The position numbers were made by a program, and so were the translations under genes. From assembly GCA_902797795.1 (NCBI GenBank), contig CADBUF010000024.1:1-60446 (forward strand): 60,446 nt of DNA. Direction: 5' to 3'. The notes beneath the pieces were generated by a model. The model was not told where the DNA came from and searched no databases. It saw only the letters and a program-made list of their open reading frames with translations. Source of the DNA: an uncultured Erysipelotrichaceae bacterium (lineage in GTDB: Bacteria > Bacillota_I > Bacilli_A > RFN20 > CAG-826). Position 1 is the stretch's first letter; each line of letters begins with the position of its first letter. Positions 7,812 through 16,915 of this stretch are shown here, piece by piece.

Positions 7812-10800
7812 TTAACCAAGTTTATAGACGAATATGGAGTAGCTCCACATCTCTAAAGTATCAGAATCATATTTCTTAGGATTCTTTGAAGAATAAGTAA
7901 AGGTTTGTTGACCAATACTAAGTGAGGTTCCGTTATTTTCTCTTGTGCCTAAGATAACGTGGACACCGTTTGGATTATAAATACCAATCGCGCCATTCTC
8001 AGAGCAATTGCCCCACATTGAGAAGTTATCTTGAACACCTTGTTCACTCATTTGTCCATAGTCAAATCTTGCGGAATTCTTACGTAATTCAATCATCTTT
8101 TTCCAGGCATCAAATTTTTCAAGGGTTCTTGTAGAACCAATACTCACTTTTCTATCCCATTTAAAGGAGTTAACACTGTCAGGAAGCTTATAAGAGTTAT
8201 GGGAAACCATTTCATTTTTCTCATACATCTTCACTTCACCTGTGCAAAGAATAGAAATAGGAGCGCTTGGATCATAACCAGGATCCTCAGGATTGTTCTT
8301 TGGATTATAGTTCATATAAGCGGGGAAAGGACGAACAATCGCCTCATCTCCACCTTTAGTTAATTCTTTATATTCAGGAGTAGCTTTCACGCCTTGAGAA
8401 GGAATATCGACATCAGTAATAGTCTTTGTACGATATAATTCTTCTCCACCTTGCATAAATGCGACACCATTAGAGGCCATGACAATGCCATGTGCCATAA
8501 TAGAAGCAGAAACTAATTCAGAAATGTCTGGTTCACCACCGCTTTTTGGTCTAAGTGGCTCTTGATAAGAGTAGCCAGTTGCCATTTCATCTTTATCGTT
8601 ATAGCCTTTAGTGGCTAAGCAATAACGTAATTGGTCATAAACAGTGTAATTATCGTGACAACTTGCATAAGCAATCATTTGATTTGGATTAGCACCTTTA
8701 TGCTCACCGTTATTATTTCTTGAATGGTAACCTTTGATTAAATCAAAGATGATGTTAGCTTTTCCTGCGGCGTCATATTTACCATTACTAACAAATCCCC
8801 ATGTTGGGTATTTATTGCCTTTTTCGGCCCAACCAGAGTCGTTTCCACCTCTAATGGCGTTACGACCTTCATCGTTAAAGCAACCAACATAACCATTAGT
8901 GTTATAAAGCATGCTATAAACGTTTTCAGTTGTGGTTCCAGTTGCGCCTTCATCAAAGATGGTGCCTCCACTTGACCAACCTTCGCCATAAATATAAATA
9001 TCAGGATCAATTTTGGTTAAAGCGTCTCTAGCGGCTCTAATGGTTTCAGTATCAATTAATCCCATTAAGTCGAAACGGAAGCCTTTAATTTTGTATTCAC
9101 TAGCCCACCAGCAAAGAGAATCAACAATGTATTTTCTCATCATTGGGGCTTCAGTTCTTACGTCATTAGCACATCCACTACCAGCGGTATATGCCCATTC
9201 AGAATTATATCTGAAATAATATTTAGGCATAATTTTAGTAAAGCAAGAGTTAGGTGCACTACTAACGTGATTATAAACAACGTCCATAATAATACGGGTA
9301 TGGTTCTTATTAAGAGCGTATTCTTTGATTAAGTTTTTGTATTCTCTAATTCTGGCTAAAGGATCTTCTGGATCAGAAGAATATGCACCTTCAACACAGT
9401 TGTAGTTAAGTGGGTTATATCCCCAGTTAAATTTATATTTATTGTAATCTTCTTCATTATCATAGTCGAAGACAGGAAGAAGTTGAACAGCGTTAACACC
9501 GAGTTCTTCAATATGATCAAAACCAGTTGTTACTTCATCCGCACTACCTTTAGCGTATCTTGTACCTTTTTCACTAAAGGCGTCAAATGTGCCGGGTTTA
9601 GAAGTTCCACCCCAAGATTCATCCATGGTCAAATCACGAACATGGACTTCGTAAACTGTTAATTCTTGTGGGTTTTTAATGTCATAACCCGTTGTTCCGT
9701 TCCAAATAGATGGAACCTTATCCCAATCGGTAGGATTAGCTTCTTCGCTATCCTTATCATAGATATAACCTCTAATACCGTTATATCCCACCGCTTTTGC
9801 GTATGGGTCAACAGCTTCAATTTTGGTGCCGTTTGGGTTAGTGACTAAGTAGTTATAGAATCTATCTTGTCTAGTAGTCATATCTCCAGCAATAGAGACT
9901 TCCCAAACACCGTTACCAGTGTAGAACATTCTCGTTGTTTTACCTGCATCAGAACCACCATTAGCAGCAGGTTTTCCGCTTAAATAAAGTTTCAAAGTAA
10001 CAGCAGCGGAAATTGGTGACCACACCTTAAAGGTGGTCTTTTCTTTGGTGTAAGTAACACCTAAGTCATTTCCACTATAGTTATAATGTTCATTAAACCT
10101 TGTGGTTTTGTATAAATTTTCAAAGCTGACGAATACTTTTCTTGCTGGGTATCCTTCATCTTTTGTGTAACCTTCATAATAAGATTCAATTAGGTATTGA
10201 ACGTTAATACGAGCGGTGTAATTAAGTTTGATGTCGAAATCAGCATCACTTGTAGGTGTCTTCTTTTCTTTCATCAAATAATATTCTTTGTTTTTGACTT
10301 GGCTAGCTGCATCACTATTTAAATAATTGGCGTCAAAAGCATAAAGTTTATAACTAACAGGACCTTTGCCTTTCGCATCCGCACTACTAACACAGTGAAT
10401 AGTTTTCCAATCAGTAAACTTTGCAGTCGAGATTTTTGGAATTTTGGTTTCTTCTTCATTAGTGCAGATTTCAATGGCGTTACCTTCGCCAGGAATGAGC
10501 CATAATTCTAATAAACCATCTTCTTTTTCACCAATAAATTCAGCGTATGTGGCATAGTCAATTTTAATATCGTCAGATTGACCAGCCCATGTACCACCAA
10601 ATTTGATGATGAACCATAAAGAAGTTAAATGTTTTCCAGTAATTGGGTCATATTTGTAGTTGAGTTCTTCAAGGTTAAGAGTGATATCCATTGATACAGT
10701 GTCATGTTTATCAGCAGCTCTTTCAACACCATCAAGACCATCAACCCAAGTATAGAATCTACGTGAATTACATCTACCATCATCGTTTAAATAATGGAGT

Positions 10801-11033
10801 TTGACGACATCAAGGGTTTCAATAATCGCAGTTGGATCTGGTTCGTCATCACTAGCGCGTAAAGCTTCATAAGGAACAAGAGTGTTATCTTTATCATCAT
10901 AGATGACTGGGTCATCAGTGGTAAAAACGTTTTCTTGTTTGGCTTCTTCTTTAGAAGAGCACATCGCTAAAGATAAGGAACCAAAGGCTAAGAATGATGC
11001 ACAAATAGATGTGATAATTTTGTTCTTTTTCAT
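7812..11033 (-). CDS. pulA: Type I pullulanase (GH13), lipoprotein
   Basis: GH13 regions DVVYNHV, GFRFDLMG, YGEGW and YASCHDN, plus the pullulanase signature YNWGYNP. CBM48-like TTFKVWSPISAAVTLKLY. Signal ends ...SLSLAM|C. Start set at ATG 11033 (GGAGG 7 nt upstream); the ORF track starts at 11039. Confidence 0.9.
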   Translation of the reverse strand: MKKNKIITSICASFLAFGSLSLAMCSSKEEAKQENVFTTDDPVIYDDKDNTLVPYEALRASDDEPDPTAIIETLDVVKLHYLNDDGRCNSRRFYTWVDGLDGVERAADKHDTVSMDITLNLEELNYKYDPITGKHLTSLWFIIKFGGTWAGQSDDIKIDYATYAEFIGEKEDGLLELWLIPGEGNAIEICTNEEETKIPKISTAKFTDWKTIHCVSSADAKGKGPVSYKLYAFDANYLNSDAASQVKNKEYYLMKEKKTPTSDADFDIKLNYTARINVQYLIESYYEGYTKDEGYPARKVFVSFENLYKTTRFNEHYNYSGNDLGVTYTKEKTTFKVWSPISAAVTLKLYLSGKPAANGGSDAGKTTRMFYTGNGVWEVSIAGDMTTRQDRFYNYLVTNPNGTKIEAVDPYAKAVGYNGIRGYIYDKDSEEANPTDWDKVPSIWNGTTGYDIKNPQELTVYEVHVRDLTMDESWGGTSKPGTFDAFSEKGTRYAKGSADEVTTGFDHIEELGVNAVQLLPVFDYDNEEDYNKYKFNWGYNPLNYNCVEGAYSSDPEDPLARIREYKNLIKEYALNKNHTRIIMDVVYNHVSSAPNSCFTKIMPKYYFRYNSEWAYTAGSGCANDVRTEAPMMRKYIVDSLCWWASEYKIKGFRFDLMGLIDTETIRAARDALTKIDPDIYIYGEGWSSGGTIFDEGATGTTTENVYSMLYNTNGYVGCFNDEGRNAIRGGNDSGWAEKGNKYPTWGFVSNGKYDAAGKANIIFDLIKGYHSRNNNGEHKGANPNQMIAYASCHDNYTVYDQLRYCLATKGYNDKDEMATGYSYQEPLRPKSGGEPDISELVSASIMAHGIVMASNGVAFMQGGEELYRTKTITDVDIPSQGVKATPEYKELTKGGDEAIVRPFPAYMNYNPKNNPEDPGYDPSAPISILCTGEVKMYEKNEMVSHNSYKLPDSVNSFKWDRKVSIGSTRTLEKFDAWKKMIELRKNSARFDYGQMSEQGVQDNFSMWGNCSENGAIGIYNPNGVHVILGTRENNGTSLSIGQQTFTYSSKNPKKYDSDTLEMWSYSIFVYKLG

Positions 11034-11046
11034 AATCATTCCTCCT

Positions 11047-11829
11047 TTATTTATTCCAATATCCTAGGGTATGAGCGTTTCCACTTCCACCAGAGATGTA
11101 ACATGCGTTACCCGTCATTTCTGAGAAGGCAACATCCACAGTTTGAACTGAATTACCGTTAGATTTACCGTTAATAATGAATTTAGTGTAAACAGTTGGA
11201 TCAGCGGTAAAGACATAGATATCTTCGCCGTATTCATTAGTGGAATCGAAAGTTAAGCTATCTCCTGGCCAACTACTCTTTTCACCATTATCACCGAAGA
11301 GATAAATATGTAAATCATCCCATTTCCAGTTGTTGGTGAAGTAGAAGGTATTGGCGTCTCCACCACTTCCTCCGCCGCCACCGCCGCCAGAGGATCCTCC
11401 ACCAGTAGGTCCATCAAAGATCGCATAAAGTAATTGATTATCTTGTGAAGGAACAGTGGTCACTTTGTCAGGGAAAATGTTCCCGTTATATTGGAACCAT
11501 CCTCTAAAGACCACTTCATCACCTAAAGACGAATAAGCTTCAGGTAAAGCAGTACCAGCTTCATCTTTTAAAGCAACACAATATTCATATTTTCCAGCAA
11601 CATCGCTTCCTTTAACTTCTTCATCATCAATAGTGATTCTTCCATAACGTGAAAGCATCAAATAAGTTGTGTGACTACTACTTGGATCACGATTATAAAC
11701 TGGAACATTATCTTCGTAATATAAATGCGAAGGAGTTTCTTCTTTAACTTGATTTTGGACTGGTTCATTTAATTGTCCACAACCAACTAAGAAGAGAAGA
11801 GGAATTAATTTGAATAATTTCATTTTCAT
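11047..11829 (-). CDS. Starch-binding lipoprotein with a C-terminal CBM25/26-type module
   Basis: 260 aa. Lipobox LFLVG|C. Gly/Ser linker GGGSSGGGGGGGSGG. C-terminus FYFTNNWKWDDLHIYLFG...SWPGDSL...KFIINGKSNGNSVQTVD matches the CBM26-like W/WPG/QT.D pattern. Confidence 0.8.
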   Translation of the reverse strand: MKMKLFKLIPLLFLVGCGQLNEPVQNQVKEETPSHLYYEDNVPVYNRDPSSSHTTYLMLSRYGRITIDDEEVKGSDVAGKYEYCVALKDEAGTALPEAYSSLGDEVVFRGWFQYNGNIFPDKVTTVPSQDNQLLYAIFDGPTGGGSSGGGGGGGSGGDANTFYFTNNWKWDDLHIYLFGDNGEKSSWPGDSLTFDSTNEYGEDIYVFTADPTVYTKFIINGKSNGNSVQTVDVAFSEMTGNACYISGGSGNAHTLGYWNK

Positions 11830-11842
11830 CGTTCTATCCTCC

Positions 11843-14800
11843 CTATTTAGCGTAGGCTACAAATCCATGAGCAGGAATATTTGTAGCGCTGGCTCCATTA
11901 CCAAATGAGCCAATCACAGTCCAACCCATCTTTTGATAGGATTTAGCAGAATCAGTGTTATTAATGCAAACACAGACAGTGCGTGTTCCATCAGTAAATT
12001 CAAGGTAACATTCACCTTTTTCTTGGCCAGTAATTGAGCCGTAATTAGTGACATAACCATAAGTTGGATATTTTTCATGGTTCTTCACAGCACAGATGGC
12101 TTTGAAGTAATTGAGCATGGAATTCGAATCGTTAGCTTGTTCAGAAGCAGTAGCGAGGTTTTGGTTGTAGTAATCCCACTGGATTTCAATACCACCAAAG
12201 CTGAAGTTAGTGACTTCGCCTTCACCTTTAACTTTGCCCCATCTCATTGGTTGACGATACCATCTATCAACGTTATTGCCGTGGTCATCATAAGCCTTAC
12301 CAGTTGCGGCGTCTGGGACTAAGTCTTTAAGATTACCGGACATACCGAGTTCATCACCATAGTAGATCCAGCTCACACCTGGGTTAAGAATAGTTACGGC
12401 TGCGTAATATTTCGCCATATTCTTCGCGTACGTATCATTAACTTGGGCTTGCGTTGCATGTCCTTGTTCGACTTCTTTTTGGCTATGGACTTCCTTGTGG
12501 TTATCACCATTAACGCCTTTTGGAATGTCGTCATCATGTTGAGCAGCGTGGTTAATCAAACGATAAATATCGTGGTTAGAAGTAAAGGAACCATTGATAA
12601 GTCCGTTTGGACGATACGCTTTATATGTATTGATTGTGGATTGTAATTTATAACCGATTGAACTCTCATAGAATTGATTGAGGTTGAAGTAGGTTTGGAA
12701 GTCAAATTGAGAATCCATAGAGGCATAGAATGGCGCCATTCTTGCATCCCAACCATCAAAGTTTTCACCAACTAAGAAGCAATTTGGATAAGCAGATTTT
12801 AACGAACCAGCAAATTGTTTCCAGAAGTTGACGTTAAGAGTGCGGTCATAAGAATAGTCATTATCGGCATCGATATATTTTTGCATTTCTTCGTTCCAAT
12901 AATGTCTAAAGCCAACATCATAAACGATATCATGTTTGCTTAAGTTGAGATTGGTGTTAAGTTCACCTAATAAGTAGATGTGTTTGGTCGCATCAAGACG
13001 GAAACCATCAAGACCAAAACTTAACCAATATTTACACATATCAGTCATATAGTCTCTTGTTGCTTGGCTATTATAGTTAAGTTCAGCCATACCACTACCA
13101 AATTTACCAAAGTAGTAATAATCACTTTCACCGTCTTTGAACCAAAGTTCATTGAGTTTTGCATCGATTGGATCAGTTCCACCGATGGTTGCGGTTGTGA
13201 AGTTTTTGGATTGGTCAGCGGCCTTTTGATCACCTTCATAAGTGATATTACCATCCCAAACTCTCACTTTATCGCCTTTATATTTCCAAATGTACATGTC
13301 GCGGTAATTGATTTCTTTCCCGTTAACTTTTTCAACAACAGCGGCTTCGGATTTTTGGAATAAGACGTTACTCTTAGAGGTGTGGTTGATAACCATATCC
13401 ATGAGGACTTTCATGCCTCTGTGGTGAGCGTCATATAATAATTCTTGATAATCTTCGATAGTTCCAAATTTGGAATCGATACGATAATAGTCAGTAACAT
13501 CATATCCGTGATAAGAGTTACTTTCTTGAATTGGGGTAAGCCATAATACTTTGACACCTAAATTTTCAAGATAGTCGAGTTTGTTGATAATACCACGTAA
13601 ATCACCCATTCCATCTCCATCACTATCAGCGAAAGCAGGAACGAAGATTTGATAGCCAACACCTGGACGATCATCAAGGAATGTTGTCGAAGTTGCGATA
13701 CCCTTCTTATATTCGTCTTTTTCTAATAAGGTTGTGTCATCAACACTGACGTATTTACCAGTCTTATCAGAAATAGTTGGATTAACAAATGTTTGTGTAA
13801 TGCTTGAGGTGGAATAACCGCTAACGTTTCCTTGAACGCAGAAAACATGTAAGAAGCTATTTTTTCCTTCAGGCATAAGTTTCTTTAAGTCTTTAATGTA
13901 GATTTCTCCACCACCATCAGAGACCCAGTTTGTTTTACCAGTCATCTTGGTTTGGTCAACGATGAAGAATCCCATAGTTGCGGATTTCTTTTCCCAAAGA
14001 TCCCAGGAAATAAGTGGTGAATCAACACCAGTTTTTCCACCTGGAAGTTCTTCTAAGGAAATATCAACAGGAATAACAATACCGTGCTCGTCCATATAGA
14101 TTTCATCTTGGTCAACACCAGTCTTACCAGTGTCTTTGTTTGTTAAGAAACCATATGTTTGAGGGATAACACCTGCTAAGTTTTTAATTTCTGGATTAGC
14201 GCCCCATAAGCTACCTTCTAAGCTTCTTGGTTTTGATTGCCAAGCCCAGACAGCCCAGTTAGCGTAATCACTATTTGGTCTAAAATAATGGAAGTATATA
14301 TGTCCTGGTTTACTCCAAAGAGCAATTTGTTGTTCGTATTCACTATCGCCACCTTGTGCTAAAACGCTGATGGTACATTGTGCAGAAGAAGATTTTCCTT
14401 CAGCGTTAGTAACAGTGATAGTAACAATTGCAGTACCAGAAGAAATAGCAGTAACTAAACCGTTATCATCAACAGTAGCAACACCACCATTTGAACTTTG
14501 CCATGTTTGAGTAATAGCTGTACCAGTAACAGTAGCACCTAATTGAGTTTCATCACCGATTTCAAGAGTGGCATCTGGACGAGAGATATCAACATGGATG
14601 AAGTCTGGTTGAGAAGCATCAATAACGTGTAATGCACATGAAGCGGTAATTGTACCAGCAGAAACAACGATATTAGTTTCACCAGCTTTATTAACTGTGA
14701 CGGTTGCGCTATTTCCACTACCACTTACAGTAGCAACATCACTAACGGTGCTGCTCCATGATGGGTTAACAGTCATACCGTTATTCGTTGTGACTTGCGC

Positions 14801-15289
14801 ATTAAGGGTGAAACTTCTTGGACCACCATCTACAAGCGAGAATGTTTTGTTGGTCTCAGAAAGAATAATGGAAGTGACAATGGTTTGGCTGCCTCCACCT
14901 CCACCAGATCCACCACCGGATCCACCTTGTGTAAGAACACTGACGATGCAGCTTGCGGAAGCTCGATTACCAACTAAAGCAGTAACAACTGATGTACCGG
15001 AACTGACACCATATAAAGTGACAGTCGAACCAGTGCCAGTAAGACTCACGACTGATGGATCACTATTTTTCCAAGTGACTTCACTAGCAATCGCTGCACT
15101 AGCGCCAGTGATGACCACAGATAATTCTTGCTTTTGGCCAACATGTAAAGCTGCGGTTGGGGCAAGAGTTAAAGTGTAGTCTTCATAGGATGCTCCGGTG
15201 TCGTTAGATTTCGAGCTCACCAAATCGCTCGAGCATGACGAAATGAGCGCGCACGCGAGAACGAAAGGAACTAAAAATTTTCTTTTCAT
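11843..15289 (-). CDS. GH13 alpha-amylase family lipoprotein (amylase or neopullulanase-like) with 3 Big_2 domains and a CBM41-like module
   Basis: Motifs DGDGMGDLRGIINKLDYLENLGV, DMVINHTS, GFRLDATKHI, VGENFDG and FTSNHDI. Lipobox LISS|C. CBM41-like HYFRPNSDYANWAVWAW. Start at 15289 (GAGGAG 8 nt upstream) preferred over the ORF-track start 15313. Confidence 0.9.
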   Translation of the reverse strand: MKRKFLVPFVLACALISSCSSDLVSSKSNDTGASYEDYTLTLAPTAALHVGQKQELSVVITGASAAIASEVTWKNSDPSVVSLTGTGSTVTLYGVSSGTSVVTALVGNRASASCIVSVLTQGGSGGGSGGGGGSQTIVTSIILSETNKTFSLVDGGPRSFTLNAQVTTNNGMTVNPSWSSTVSDVATVSGSGNSATVTVNKAGETNIVVSAGTITASCALHVIDASQPDFIHVDISRPDATLEIGDETQLGATVTGTAITQTWQSSNGGVATVDDNGLVTAISSGTAIVTITVTNAEGKSSSAQCTISVLAQGGDSEYEQQIALWSKPGHIYFHYFRPNSDYANWAVWAWQSKPRSLEGSLWGANPEIKNLAGVIPQTYGFLTNKDTGKTGVDQDEIYMDEHGIVIPVDISLEELPGGKTGVDSPLISWDLWEKKSATMGFFIVDQTKMTGKTNWVSDGGGEIYIKDLKKLMPEGKNSFLHVFCVQGNVSGYSTSSITQTFVNPTISDKTGKYVSVDDTTLLEKDEYKKGIATSTTFLDDRPGVGYQIFVPAFADSDGDGMGDLRGIINKLDYLENLGVKVLWLTPIQESNSYHGYDVTDYYRIDSKFGTIEDYQELLYDAHHRGMKVLMDMVINHTSKSNVLFQKSEAAVVEKVNGKEINYRDMYIWKYKGDKVRVWDGNITYEGDQKAADQSKNFTTATIGGTDPIDAKLNELWFKDGESDYYYFGKFGSGMAELNYNSQATRDYMTDMCKYWLSFGLDGFRLDATKHIYLLGELNTNLNLSKHDIVYDVGFRHYWNEEMQKYIDADNDYSYDRTLNVNFWKQFAGSLKSAYPNCFLVGENFDGWDARMAPFYASMDSQFDFQTYFNLNQFYESSIGYKLQSTINTYKAYRPNGLINGSFTSNHDIYRLINHAAQHDDDIPKGVNGDNHKEVHSQKEVEQGHATQAQVNDTYAKNMAKYYAAVTILNPGVSWIYYGDELGMSGNLKDLVPDAATGKAYDDHGNNVDRWYRQPMRWGKVKGEGEVTNFSFGGIEIQWDYYNQNLATASEQANDSNSMLNYFKAICAVKNHEKYPTYGYVTNYGSITGQEKGECYLEFTDGTRTVCVCINNTDSAKSYQKMGWTVIGSFGNGASATNIPAHGFVAYAK

Positions 15290-15314
15290 AAAAATTTCTC
15301 CTCGATTGGACAAA

Positions 15315-15356
15315 TATACTTAATTTAAGTATAAAGGGATATTATTTGTAAATCAA
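15315..15356 (-). promoter_or_regulatory. Promoter (TTGATT-17-TATACT) overlapped by a perfect 9-1-9 palindrome (candidate operator)
   Basis: Minus strand reads TTGATT (15356..15351), 17 nt, TATACT (15333..15328). The palindrome TATACTTAA-A-TTAAGTATA spans 15315..15333, covering the -10 box and the expected transcription start. Confidence 0.5.
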
Positions 15357-15389
15357 TGTGTATACTACAAAAAAATAAGATTTTTTGTA

Positions 15390-16055
15390 TTAATTTTCAC
15401 TGTAGTTATGGACTTCAATCGCTGTTTCTCGGGTCGTTAATCCGTTCGTGGTGATTGAGTGATCAGTAACCACCATACCGAGGCTATCAACCTCTAATTT
15501 TTGAGAAAAAGCAAAGCCACTTTCACTACGGTGTTGATTGACTGAATAAACTAAAAGTTTATTCTCATAGTCAATATAAGTATAATCTTGGATGTCATAA
15601 ATGATGTCTTTAAGCATGTCTCCGACATACATTCCATATAAATATCCACCTTCAAAAGTCTTGCGATAAAAGAACTTGGAAACGAAATTATTGAGCACTT
15701 GTTCAGTGGTGTAAAAAGTCTTAACTCCATTAATGGTAATGTAATAATTTTCCTCTTCTTTAGTGAGAATTTCGTCATCAATTTTATCAATTTCACCACC
15801 GACATATTTTTCAATTCGATAATGATATTCGATGTTTTCTAAATCCCTAACATCAAAACTCATCGTTTCGATGGAGTGAACATTTCCTTCATAATCGTCT
15901 CTTTGATAATCAGCTCTTTGATAAGTTTTCATCGCTTCGGCAACAGAAAAAGAAGCGATAAAATAGCTAATATCGCTTCTCAATTCTTTTTGTTTACCAC
16001 ATGAAACAAGAATTGATACCGCTGATAAAGTTAGAGCGATAAAACGTTGTTTCAT
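15390..16055 (-). CDS. Lipoprotein of unknown function
   Basis: 221 aa. Lipobox ILVS|C. Last gene of the transporter operon. No family recognised. Confidence 0.75.
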   Translation of the reverse strand: MKQRFIALTLSAVSILVSCGKQKELRSDISYFIASFSVAEAMKTYQRADYQRDDYEGNVHSIETMSFDVRDLENIEYHYRIEKYVGGEIDKIDDEILTKEEENYYITINGVKTFYTTEQVLNNFVSKFFYRKTFEGGYLYGMYVGDMLKDIIYDIQDYTYIDYENKLLVYSVNQHRSESGFAFSQKLEVDSLGMVVTDHSITTNGLTTRETAIEVHNYSEN

Positions 16056-16056
16056 A

Positions 16057-16914
16057 TTAACTAAATTTGTATGAATAGCTAGAGAATAAGGCTAGTTGAC
16101 CTTCACTGATTTTGTTATAGTCATAATCAGTGGTTTGTAGTGATTCACTAACAAGCCATCCTAAAGGAGAATATTCAAAACGGATATCAAATCTTCCATC
16201 TATATATCCTTCTCCATTAAAACTATAGCAAGGAAGTGGGAAAGTAGGATCCCACTCAGGGGTTTCGTGACGTCCTTTGACATAATCAATATCAAGTTCA
16301 GGATGTTCGTCGTAATTCATGTAATAAGGATAATTATCAATACATACTTGAGTTCTGACGCTTCTTCCACCAATAACGAATCCACCATTATCGAGTAATT
16401 CGAAATATGGTTTGTTGTTTGAAGCATTAATCGAGCCTTTGGAGTCGTGCCAGGCAACAATTAAATTTTGTAGATTTGCAAAGGCGCAGGATTCGTTAAG
16501 TGTGCCATCTGCTCTAAGAGCGTAGAAGTTGTCTTTATTGATGTACATCGGCATTCTAAGCCAATATGAGCGAGACGCCATACCAAAGATTAAAATCTCG
16601 TCTTCGCTATAATCTGTCGCTCCTTTCATCATCATGGAATCAGCGGCGGCGTTAGCAAATCCGTCATTATATCTCGCATTTGCAACGTAAGAGACGCCAT
16701 TAGGCATATTATAGAAGCCACCATCTTTTTCGCTGATGGTTAAGATTTTTCCAGCAATATCAATGCTACCGACAACTTTATATAGTGGGTGTAGATGTTG
16801 ATTTTGAATTTGCATAACGCGAGAAAAGAGGGTTTCAAAAGAAACATCGTTTTTCCCCGCACAGCTAGTGAGTGTTAAGGGTATTAATAAGGATAGGAGT
16901 AATCTCTTTTTCAT
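16057..16914 (-). CDS. Lipoprotein of unknown function
   Basis: 285 aa. Lipobox LTLTS|C. Starts 2 nt after the malK-like stop. No family recognised. Confidence 0.8.
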   Translation of the reverse strand: MKKRLLLSLLIPLTLTSCAGKNDVSFETLFSRVMQIQNQHLHPLYKVVGSIDIAGKILTISEKDGGFYNMPNGVSYVANARYNDGFANAAADSMMMKGATDYSEDEILIFGMASRSYWLRMPMYINKDNFYALRADGTLNESCAFANLQNLIVAWHDSKGSINASNNKPYFELLDNGGFVIGGRSVRTQVCIDNYPYYMNYDEHPELDIDYVKGRHETPEWDPTFPLPCYSFNGEGYIDGRFDIRFEYSPLGWLVSESLQTTDYDYNKISEGQLALFSSYSYKFS

Positions 16915-16915
16915 A

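Noticed and set aside
11370-11405. GCC/GGN-rich tracts (also 14895-14935) that might be slippage-prone, phase-variable repeats.
   Set aside because: They encode in-frame Gly/Ser linkers (GGGSSGGGGGGGSGG; GGSGGGSGGGGGS) and are not perfect microsatellites. There is no evidence of frame switching.
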